Positions 50,271-62,271 of a DNA stretch of 62,271 nucleotides are shown piece after piece. The notes beneath the pieces are model-generated. The model had not been told where the DNA came from. It made no database searches and saw only the letters and a program-made list of their open reading frames with translations. Source of the stretch: Macrostomum lignano. Its lineage: Eukaryota. The position numbers and the translations under genes are program-made. The stretch lies in assembly GCA_002269645.1 (NCBI GenBank), contig NIVC01004058.1:1-62271 (forward strand). Direction: 5' to 3'. Within the stretch, counting starts at the first letter, position 1. Each line of letters opens with the position of its first letter.

Positions 50271-53200
50271 TGGTGCAGACTGTTTGCCTGCAATGAAAAT
50301 AAAAACATTATTTGGACACTGAACAATGGAATAGTTTTGATTTTGAAATCAATAAAAATGTTATATTTATTCTTCAAAAATAATTTTTGCTTCATATTAA
50401 AAGGAAAACTTTGTTTTTATAGTTTCAATATGTTCATTATAATCATTGATTCATGTTTTAGCTAAATATTAAAATATAAAATACTTAAAAATAGAGTTTT
50501 GGTCTTTAACAAATTCATTACATCATTTTATTGAAAAAAAACATGCTAATAATTTTTATTGACTATTATTAGCTTTATTTAAGTTAAATACCATAATATT
50601 AAAACTTTAAAACCTTAAAAATAGCCAAAGAAAAACTATAGTTATAAATTGAAATCGAAGGTTTTTTAGCAAATCCAACTTATCTGCAGCCCTGCAAGGT
50701 GGTCCAAAGACATAACAAGGAGGTGAGGGTTGGCAATTCCACTAGGCCTATAAAAATCTAATATATTTATTATTATAATACAATATCATCAATACAAAAA
50801 TTAAGAAAGCAAAGAAAGAATTAGGTTAGGGTTAGCTCTATAAAAATTAAAGATTTATTTATATTATTTAAATGAATATTACGTAAACTACAATATTTAA
50901 TAAAATTAAAATAGCTAGTATTGTACATATGATTACTGTGTTAGATAGCCCTCCCCCCTAAAAAAAATAAAAAATACAAATAAGCTAATGATATAAGTAA
51001 TGCTTTCATACTTGTGTAGCAATTATGCTAACAGTTCAGCTAACAGTACAATTTTGAAATAAAATTTGCTTCATGATTGTATTCATAGTAAGGTCTTTGT
51101 CAATTAAAACATTCATTTGATTAGTGATTTTTCAATTCCAACTAGGGGCCTATATACTGTTTTTCAGGACATCCTGCTATCAAGTAATTTTCTTTTTCTA
51201 ACCCCTGGTAGTTTATGTACTAATACACATTAATAAGGCACTGGCCCACTAGTATATAATATAAGCCATAGACAGGCCCATAAAACTTCTGTAAATCTAA
51301 ATTCACACTTACACTTTACTAAATAAAATTTATCAAACTTCCTCGAACTGTCGAACATAAAATATTGTGATAATAAATATAAAACTTTATACTTAGTTAA
51401 AGTATAGTTAACTTAGTAAATTAACTAAGTTAGCCTGAGCTCGCTACCTTTGTTTGGAAAGCATACACTGCACCTGCAAAATCAAAGCTAACAAAAAATA
51501 GTCGAGGTGTGTGCATGTTTTAAAGTTGCGCCAAATATATTCACACGCATTGCGTAAAACACATCGTAAATGCTTAGCTATTATATTAAAATGATAAAAT
51601 TTATTCAATGGACAATGGGCCATATTGAAATCTTATTGCAAGCCTTTATATTTGACGAAATATTTCGTAGAACGTACATGCGTAGAATTTAGTCGAAGTG
51701 CAAGTCTGGACGGTATTGACACGCTTGGATTCTCGATCCGGATCGACACAATCGAAGGGGGAATTGTGCCCTATCCTAGTGCCGACGAGGGAGGAGCTTT
51801 CCTCTGAGTTTGCTGCCGCAAGGATTGGACCTGCTATTCCTGCAGGTTCTTTTCATCCATAAAGGCACACTTACCTGCAATTCCATTGCACTCGGGCAGC
51901 CGGCAGCTGCAGCATGACTGCCGCGTTCATCATCATGCCTGGCCTGTGGACTGGTTTCACGTTGGTCCTGCTTGGTATTTCCAGTTCCGGCGCCGTATGT
52001 CAGAAAATCCTGCCAACCATTTTGGCCGATACCAAAGCGTGTTTGACACTCATGCACTCGAGACATCGTCATTCACATCACGATTAAGTCGGAAGGGCAC
52101 GGAAAGCGCGGCTTCTATATAGTTGCGTGTTTAAGCAAAAACGAACGAAAGAGAAATGTCAGATCGGCGTCCTAGAGATCGTGTTCCTAGGCTTTAACGG
52201 TCGAGCTTGATTGGACGGTGGAGTCGATCGGATTCCCCGTGCTCCGCATATCACCTTTGCCAACGATGATACGTCGTACCACTCGCTCGTTGCACGGCCG
52301 GCGTTCGTCATTTCTGTCAACCATCAACAGCTGCCACTATACATGTAATGTACTTCGCCAAGTTCATCCCCGACTTGCTCATGAAGGACACCAAATAAAG
52401 CTGGAGGAGCGAGTGTGACGCTTGCTTTCGTCTAAGGACCTGCTCGCTCAATTAAATGGGCTGGGGCACATTTTGCTGAATCATGCTAGCTTTTAATTAT
52501 ACGATCGAGTGCGCACTGGGAGAGTTAAGAGCTCTGCAATTGCTTTATTCCATTCCATTATTTAAGACACGCAGCCTCACAGCACAATAATGTAAAGCTG
52601 ATCTGAATCCAACTAATAACTTCAGTAGGCGTATCGCGGGAACCTCGATACCAAACTTTACAAAATTAAACTTTCTTACTACTAAATTTCATATCGCATA
52701 AAAGTTTCAGGCTTTCCCGCGAATTGGCCTTTCATAACGCCAAAAGCCATTTCGAAGACCCAACTTTGACAAAGTGAACCTTGAAGACGATATGCCGTTA
52801 TTTCCAGCTCTGGTACTTCGTAGAATTTTGGCGTCATGAAAGTTTTTATACTTAGCTTTTGAGCGATGTCGAGATTTTCACAACGGCTTCACCATTTTCT
52901 AGCACTCAATTCATTCCGTTTTCTAAACTGCATGCCGTTTGGATATTCTCGAAATTGACGTTTGAATCTTGTGCGATCCTTAGTTTAATTCTACACACAG
53001 TCTCACTAGACCAGTACGGTCTCACTAGACCAGTGGGTCTCACTAGACCCCAGTGGGTTTCACTAGCCTCCGTGAGTAGAAATGAAATGTTCAGTTTTCA
53101 AAAAAAGAATAATATACATCCTTTCAGTCAATATATTCTATTTTAAAACAGATTATATGGACGATTGATCTTTGTTTAATTGATTTGTGCTTTATGATCT

Positions 53201-53662
53201 TATCAAATATAATTTGAATCCGCCAAACAACGATTCCGAGAGGGCTACCCCAATATAACCAAATAATGCATGCATTTGTTACAGAAGTTCTCCATGATAT
53301 ACAGAAAAAATTATGAGTGAATTTACTTCCATTGCATCGAAAGTTTTTTAAACTATGAATCTTGAATAAAATAACAAAATCAAGACGATAGAAGACAAAT
53401 TTCGCCGAATCATAACGGGGTTTACATCGAATGTAGAATAGTGCAGCTAATGAAAAAAATTGATCAATCTTCAATAAGTCTTCAGCATGCAAGAGAAACA
53501 CGTGACATCAATTAAATCGCCACGTAAGTAGGAAGTACTCGTTGTTTCCGGCTGAACGAAAGATGACTCGAAATCTTTCCACGCTTGAAAGTTCATAACT
53601 TGCTAGTTCCGTGTTCGTCTGAAGTGTAAATGAAATTTCCGAGTAAAAACATGCTTATAAGT

Positions 53663-54229
<567 letters not shown>

Positions 54230-56873
54230 CTAAAACAGCCAAGCAGGCGAGTATAAAAATGACGCACGGCGCAAATTGTCCTGTTGCTATCCTGGGTCTC
54301 AACCTGCAGCACCGGTGTTGCAGTACCCTGGCACGCTATATTACTCGTGGTAACATGCAGCACCGGGAAAGTCCAGAACCTGGTCGAGGCCGGTAGAGAC
54401 ACGTCCCAGACACAGTCGGTGCCAGCTGATACCGAAGCTGGAGACTGAATGCCGCCCCTCAGTTGGCCCGTGATGTTGCCGCCACAAGCTGAAATATGGC
54501 AGAGGGTTCGCTTTGATACTGCTTGGGATGTGACCATTAGCAAAGAGAGCAATAGTTGCTCAACACAGTACCTGAACTGTTGGAAGCAAAGTAGGTGAGC
54601 CGATAGCCCAGGCGAACAACAGACAAATCGGTGAGAAAGCGTAGGATAATTCCGGCGGCAGGGCTGGGCAAAACCAGCGGTCTTGGCAGCGAGTTGCCGC
54701 AGAGCTTTTGCGTCACCGAAGCGCCTCGATTTCCACCGGGCGTCGAGTTGAAGAACTACCGGTACGGGTTTTTTAAATGGGAGAAAAGGATCTTTATTCA
54801 TTTACGAGTATATTATAGAACAGGCCAACTCAGACTCACGAAAAATACTCAAGTTGTTGCACTCCAAATTTTGAAATTTTGAAACGTTTTTTTATTAAAG
54901 GTACAGCTGTGAAGTTGTCAACTGTCCATTGTATATGTAAGAAAGTTGTGCTCAAGAAGTCTAAGTCTATTGAGGATGATTGAAAGTCTGTTGGTGTGAC
55001 TCCGCTTATTAGCAAACAATTTTCTCTTTGGTGTGGAACTACCTATAAGCACTTAACGAGTACCTTGTACGAGTCATGTAAGGCAGAACTAGTCAAGACT
55101 TTCAGATCCAAAAAAAAACGTAGTGGCCAGTTATCACCGAGTACAGAACCAATAGGAAAGTGTTGGAACAGTGAGTAGCCTACTGGCAAGACTGGGTCGC
55201 TTTCACAAGCTTTCAGAACTGCCCACAGGGTATTCTTGCTACGTCAGCTTTTGAAGTACGAAGTTGAAAGTGGAGAATTACACTTATTCTTGGGAGTTAA
55301 ATCCCAAATACATTATTGAACTTCTGTGCAGTGAAAACTTCCCGATTCGATCCCAATACTCGAGTAGACCCGTGATGAAAACTTACCTGAACACTATCGT
55401 AGGCGCAACGGGAGTGCGACTCAACGCTAAACATAAAGAAGTGCAGGTGCAGGTACCGATAACCGGGCGTCTGTATGTTCACTTCGCAGTCGTGATTGTT
55501 CTCGTGCTGCATTAGCATGGCACCGCTGGGGGACAAGATCAGGCCCGATTGAGAGGAAACTGATCGCTGACAGCCTGTGGTAGTTTTTTAGAAATTTTAT
55601 TACAGGCAAAAATACATGTAATTTAACATCAGGGTGGTAATTATGGAACCCTCAGGTCATGTCTGTTTTACCAGGCATCGCTACCTCCAGGTAAAATCCG
55701 CAGTGAGGAATGCTCAGTGTTGAGAATGCGGAGCACTTCATCTGTGAATTACAGATGCTCACCTATCTCGGCCCAAACCCGGACCTTTCCGACGTTTTCA
55801 GGCCCGAGAATCTCTGCCAGCTCGTCCGCTACCTGAGTTCTTCGGGCGAGTGACCATCAACCCTCATGGACTCTCCGGAAGGGGGACCGCGCTGCGGACA
55901 CCGGCTCCACCGGATCTCCCTGCGCTACACCGCAGCACCAGCTGCCCGTGGTCGCCAGGAGTTAGAGGAATGGGCGTCAACACCTCCCCGCTCTATCCGG
56001 ATGCCCGGAACCCCCCCCCCCCAGCTTGAGTTGAAAACAGCTCACGGATATCTGCAAAGCTCTACACACTGGCATAACTCACTTTCGATCACGTAGGCAA
56101 CAGTGAACTGGCCACCGGTCAAGCTGGAATTCGAGTTGTGAAAGTAGACTTCGAGCGAATTCCGAACCGATTCATACTGATTGTGAGAGAAATCGGCCGC
56201 CGTGCAAAAGAAGAAGTCTTCGTTGTTTAGCTGGGAGCTTGAAGTCGAATCGTTCGACGGCATGTCGTGCGCGGTGAAGTACTGCGACCTGCAGTCAGTC
56301 AGACTGACGTTCTCGAATGTCACCAGTAAGCGCCGCTGGGCGGGACCTGAGATGCGCAGACGCAGACGGAAGTCGGGCGCAACACTGCCAACTGAATAGC
56401 GTTGCACTGTGCCCGTGGCATTGACCGATAGCACCTGGTCTGCAGGTAAATATGCAATTAGAAAGGCCCTTTAGGCTACACATCGTGTGATGTCGAATGT
56501 GATTGTGAACAATAAAAGTTTTATTAAGACACTAGAATACTTGAGAATGCATGGTATTTTATAGTTTTCTTCTAGCACACTACGAGGGGACTGCTTCTTT
56601 TCCTCGAGTTCTAAGGTTCTCTGCTTTACGCAGACAAGACACAGTTGTTAAAAACTTACACGTATCGGAAACCGCTCGAAATTTCAGGGGCAAAACTTCC
56701 TGACCAAAGTGTCTGAGCAATACCTCAACTGTGCGACCATAGGTTCCGCTGGTTTCGCGGGAAGCAGACTTGGAGAATGGAGACGAATCGCTTCCGCGAA
56801 CGTATACCTGCAGATTTTTATAACCAAATATGATAATAATATTAATTAATTGATTACACTTGCCCTAATAGGT

Positions 56874-57140
56874 AGATGTGCAACCGACAGCTCAGCCGCA
56901 GCTATTGCGCGGCGCATCTGAAGGCTGCGTACGGCTGTTCAGTCCAAGGACTGGGGGGTCGCCACACACACCTTTGATTACCACAGCTAATGCTGGCACC
57001 CATTTTACAGCTGGGTGAACTGAAGCATTGCAGAGTTAAGTGTCTTGCTCAAGGATAAAAATTGTTCCGAGTGGGTCGAGAATCGAACCCCCGACCTTTC
57101 AGTCGTGAGTCCGACGCTCTGACCTCTAGGCTACAACCCC
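56874..57140 (-). mobile_element. CORE/MIR-like SINE family B, copy 3
   Basis: Reverse head GGGGTTGTAGCCTAGAGGTCAGAGCGTCGGACTCACGACTGAAAGGTCGGGGGTTCGATTCTCGACCC, followed by the shared core and 3' region. Confidence 0.88.
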
Positions 57141-60100
57141 AAGTAATCGTTAAAGTCGCCTTTCATTGCTGCAGATATCAAAGGCAATCCATGGTACCGT
57201 CCAAAATACCTTGGTTTAACATCACGTTGATAGCGTGAAATCGCTGTGGTTTTCTAAATTTGCAGCATATACTTACCCACCAATTGAGGCTCTCATTAGT
57301 GTGCAGCTCAACCAGCTGGTTCGGACCGGCGGCGATTCGGTACATGCAGAGCAAATGCGTTCTCATGGCGCTGAGGATCTGCGGATTCCAGCTGACAGTT
57401 TGCCACGCTTCTGTGGCCTGGAGGTCGGCACCGCAGCCTCGGTTCGGACCTGTTCGTGTTCGTGTATACGGGGCTAGGGGTTGTAAAGCATCTGTCATTG
57501 ACTGTTCAACCAATTACACGTCACCGATAGTGAACTCAGCTTTAGAAATACCAAAGAGCTTAACCAGATGCTACAGTATTGCAATGCAACAAAAACAGGT
57601 TTACTAACCGGGCAAAATAAATATCGACATATCAACTGTAATGCTGGAATATATCATGTCGTTTCCGGTGCTCATCTGGTACACAGAGTATTCCTGTTCA
57701 TCATTGTACCACCAAGAGTGCAAATTATGACCACTGTCCACGCAAATATTGTGCTCAATGGAGTTCGAGTTCAGCACCTCATAATAGTTCAGACTGCGAT
57801 TCTGAGGCTCCGGCAATGTAATTATTCGCTTGCCACTGTACTGAGTGCAAGCTTTCTGATAGTGTGGTGGCAGCAGAATTCTTAGACTGAAAACAATATC
57901 AGCGAGGTTCTTGGCAGTTAGTTTCACAATAAAAACTATTGGAAATAAAGTTTTGAGTGACGAACATTTACCATAAAAGTACCTAAAAGCATAGAGTTTA
58001 TTTATACACAGCTGCTATAATCTGAACCAATCAAATATAGCCTAAATGTCATACCTAACAAATAGTCGATCGTTTTGTGGAATTGTAAAATGACTCCGAC
58101 AGAAAAAGTATTGAAGCGTGCTCTTGAATAGGTCTTTGTAGTGATACATGGCTCCTTCGGTTAATGTCACATTCTCGTTGCAGCCTGTAGTTCACAGTGA
58201 GTGTTAAAGATTAAGGATTTATAAATTTGGGACCACAAGAATTAAGATATTAAATAAACTTACGCTCAATGTTATATCTGAAGCGGAACTGTCCAGACCT
58301 CAGACGGCGTCTCGCCCTAGGTCTAGTATACTGAATTCTAATGCCACGAGAAGCAAAGATGGTGGCACCCTTAAACCTGGCCTGATTCCTCGAGTTGATG
58401 CGCAGGTAGGAGGCTCTACTGACAACCCCATCGCTGGTTTTGTACGATAACCTTGAAGCCCACCATTGGTCGGAAACCATTAAAATGTTTATTTCGCCGT
58501 CGATTAAGTCCAGCGATAGAAGCTTCACGATGGCCGTGTCTTTTGCGTCTCCATTGATATAGTATGTGCAAGTTCGGCCGATGTGATACCTTCCATCGTG
58601 CAGTATTGTGTCCTGTGACGTCGAAGAACTCTGGAACAGATTACTCTAAACTTGGCTTTGAACCCGGTGCCAGGATGGCTGGAGGTCGACACCAGCCTGA
58701 CCATGAGCTGATTGCTAGTGGAAAGGAAGCTCTTGCTGGGAGCCTGCGATGTATGGCAGTAGCTCAGCAGCTTCACTGCGCCATTTAGTCCGTTTGGGTC
58801 CCAAACTTCGATTCGATCCTAAAATGATGTAATTATCGGCTGGAACTATCGGCAAAAATACTCCGACCAACTTCTTAGGTTTAGATGCCACTTACAGTTC
58901 TTTCGCATTGTCCTGTCATTCCGACTCCGAAGTTTTCATTGAAAAAGCTCAGCCGCACAGCCGTACCCGCCACTGAGTGAATTATCCAAGTACAGTTGCG
59001 GCGCTCGTATGCCCGGGGAAAATTGTCCGAGCTGAAGTTTCCCCGACGACCAGAGAGCGATTTAAAACAAGTGCCAGAATGGCTCATATAGGACTGGTAT
59101 CTAGCTGACAGATGGCCGCTTGTGCTCAAATGGGACCGGTAGGACAGCTTGAGCATCGCTGCACGCTGCAAGAACGTTCTACCTATCGGCAGTGATGCTT
59201 CTCGACAGGAGTCAAAGACGCGACTGTAGCTAGTCGGTGTTTGACTTCCGTGTAGCTGTGACTGCATAAAATCAATAGTGACACTCTCTCGACAAGAACT
59301 CAAACTGGACACGTTGCTAGGCAGAATTGTGAGATTGTGGACAATGCTTGGATGCTCGATTTGGGCATGGCCAAACGTCCAAGCGCATTGGGTTCCGTTA
59401 GCCGTGTTTTGCTCAGGAAACGATATAAAGTTAACGTCGTATGTCGCGCTCCGGAAGAAGCCACCACAGTCTGGATTGGGACAAAGAAGCCAAATTTTCT
59501 TAGCATTAGTTTTCTAAGAAAAAAATACAGGGTACAGCTGAGACCAGACTCTTCTGTATGAAATTACAACTACCGAGGCTATCGAAAGTTTGTCTTTTCT
59601 CCGAATCTTGTGTTTCAAAGTCATTACGTATCAGCATGTCCTCAGTCTCAAAACTCTTCTAACACTGCTCATACCTTGCACGAATGCGACTCCACTAAAG
59701 TCAGGTTGCTGAGCTCCGCCGCCATCGCTGTTGAGTCCCATGAAGTAAACGTATACTTCTCCGGCATTGGTCAGCAGTACTTCGTTAATCGCGTCATTTG
59801 GGCACCTCATTGAAAATAGTGTAGTAGAATACCTGCTGGAATCTGAAAACGATTGACAAAGAAACGGAGCTTAAGTAGTCGCCATAAAGACCTTTAAAAG
59901 CAAAAGTAGCTTACCCGACTGGCTAGTGTGCACCGCCACCACTGCTATGTAAGTTCGACAGCGACGCGATCTTCCTCTGTCCACCGACGCCATGTTGATT
60001 CGAACCACCGTCGTCTTCTGATCGCCGCTCCCCATGAGCTTCCAAGCGCACATTCTTTGCAGGGAGCCGTTAACGGACTGAGCACTGGAGCTGCTTATTT

Positions 60101-62271
60101 GCAGTGGCTGGAATGGGTTGCTGGGCACCGGGAGCTGATCGTTGCAGCCTGGAAGTTAAAGAAAGGTAATTTGTTTTGTTTAATGTCTGAGAATTTTATC
60201 AGCTTGCTGTTCTTTGAAAGACATTTTCTCACGGCGATAGTTCTCTATTGAAATTTGAACTCAACAAAAGTTTACATAAAAATCGGATACAAACGCATAC
60301 AAATGCTTGCGTCCTGCATTTGAGAGCGTTTGATCTGAGGTCAAGTCCAACCCAGTCAATCCAATTCCAAAATGCCCACCTGACTGCTGGAATGGAAAGT
60401 CGACTCGAAGCCGAAGCCGGTACCCGACTACCGGGTTGCGGCAATACACCACCACCAGCACCCTGGAGGTCCAGCTATGAATCGCTTGGCCAGCCATTAT
60501 TGGGAAGCGCCTGCGCGAGGCGATTCGGCTAAACTCTGCTGGAAGGTAACGCCACTGTCGGGTGTTGTCCGGCGGCTGGAGAGCCAAGAGGCGGCAGCTG
60601 GATTGACAGCCCTGGTCGCACTGGTGCCTTCGTCCATCACGGCTCTCACAGCGTAGCCGTCCATGCCGCGCAAATTAAATCCGCAGCTGGCCGAGGTGAG
60701 ACCGGCACCGGAGCTCAGGTCAAAGCTGATTTGATTCGGCGATTGCTGGGCGACATAATAGCAACCTGCAAGTTTAGAGGCAGCTGTCATCAGTAACCCT
60801 TCACCCCTGCGTCCAACTTGAGCATATTTTAAAAAAGCACAAAACCGTGCTGAATTAATCGTTCAAACCGAATCAAGGAAAAAAAGTTTGAGGATAGTGA
60901 AGTCATAATGCTAAATGATTTTCTTGATTACTGACCTGATCTCATTATTTCAACGATCGCCTCAAACTTTCGGACAGCGCCGCGAGAACCAAATCCAGAC
61001 TTGAATTCGACTTGCAGGCACTGAATAGATTCGATGTTCAAAGTCTCGCGCTGCAACTCGTGTCCTGAATCGGACGAGCACAAAGTGTTCCTGCTGAAGT
61101 TCTGCGGTATCGGTGAGCAATCGGTCAGCTTGATGGAGTCGGTGTTGCAGGGGACCCGGTAGTTGAACTGCAGCTTGACGTTCATCGGGACGGCAAATTG
61201 ACTTCGCCAGACGCAGTTCAAGTTATTGCTATAGTTGTCGGGATAGTTTGGGCTGGTCATTCGATCACTTGGAATGGCTCCGCCGCACGTGGCTTCAATG
61301 ATTCAAAATCGTAAAAAATAGTTTCATTGTTCAGTTTGTAATGCAGACTTTTCGGGCAATTACTCACCTAAGGAAACGGTAATATTAAAGCTTGGAACTC
61401 GCTCATCCGTGTAGGTTGTCAAGGTGACGGGCTGCCCCTGCTAATGACGTCATGCACGTTGTTGCGGCACATCACCTGAGGTGGACGACCAAAACTAGCG
61501 TCCTCTGATACCTTTAGTAGCTCCCGGAGAAGGCGTTGTTCAAGTTGCAACGGACGATCTGCAATTTTTTCACAGTTTCAACTCTAAGATTTAAATCGGT
61601 TTGTTATAACAAGCTGCTCAGCAGGGTTATACACGTATGTTGGAATTGGGTTTACTTTTTCTAAGATTATTCGTGATTCGAACTTTTCGATTATCTAAGG
61701 AAACTCACGGAGGAAAAGCAATGTTGACTGGTCTAACAACAATTTCAGAGGCGGTATCAGGTCCGTACACTGTCAGAGAGCACATCTGTGCTGCCGGAAC
61801 AGATCATCCGTGATTGAAACAGTCGACCGACTGGCCGACAAGGCCACCTCTCTGTCGCAGCCGGCCAGCAGTCGACTGATCTCTAAATTGAATCCGCGAG
61901 CTCCTGGCGACGAGCTCCGAAGTTGAACTGCACAATGAGTTGTCTGGCTGTCACGTTAATCGACCGCCTGATCGCTGGTAGATTAGCGCCCACAATAAAG
62001 CGTCTGAGATCCCGTGATGCTGTCTGTCAGGTTCAACCGATCAGCTGATTCGCAATTGTTACTACTGTCAGTAGAGGCGGCAAGATCAAACGAATTGAAT
62101 CGAATGGCAAGCGCGTCCTCTTCAAAGTTTTCGATGGTCCATCTGCACTGATCGCCGGCTCTGTAGTTTGAGCTGCTGAAAACTGGCGCCCGAAGGATCA
62201 GCGGCTGTCGGGCAATGTTTACGTTGTTGTCAAAGAATCCGCGACACCTGAAATGACGTTGTTTTGTGCAT

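Noticed and set aside
50821-50836. TTAGGTTAGGGTTAG telomere-like motif
   Set aside because: Only about two units, which is expected by chance in AT-rich DNA.
57065-57140. tRNA-like sequences at SINE heads (also 12680-12748, 22150-22224, 440-516, 45358-45430)
   Set aside because: Each is fused to a conserved SINE body, the acceptor stems are imperfect and the anticodon position varies between copies, so these are SINE Pol III promoters rather than tRNA genes.

Overview
Eukaryotic (metazoan) genomic DNA with GC-rich spliced exons, AT-rich spacers and a very high density of minisatellites. This style suggests the flatworm Macrostomum lignano or a relative, which is an inference only. I reconstructed by hand, with consistent splice phases: RABGGTA exon 1 (-; the gene runs off the left edge), NOL12/RRP17 (+, 3 exons), a secreted PAN/apple-like + fibrinogen-domain gene (-, 5 exons), RPL10 (-, 2 exons), an ATP9-class P4-ATPase flippase (-, 9 exons) and an IVNS1ABP-like BTB-kelch gene (-, 7 exons). 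A large multi-CUB (cubilin-like) gene with many frameshifts (-) enters from the right edge. Other elements are two tRNA-derived SINE families (one MIR/CORE-like), a TA-flanked foldback element, a decayed tandem duplication of the NOL12 3' region and about 20 tandem arrays. Most long ORFs in the ORF track are artefacts of these arrays. The most striking unexplained structure is that related minisatellites occur as inverted pairs in different introns. One pair brackets ATP9 exons 5-6, a 1002-nt phase-0/phase-0 cassette, and would pair 19/21 per unit in the pre-mRNA, making it a candidate minisatellite-driven circRNA or exon-skipping device. A second near-identical inverted pair links introns of two different genes. 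A duplicated segment also preserves the unexpanded ancestor of one array. All coordinates and counts were read by eye.
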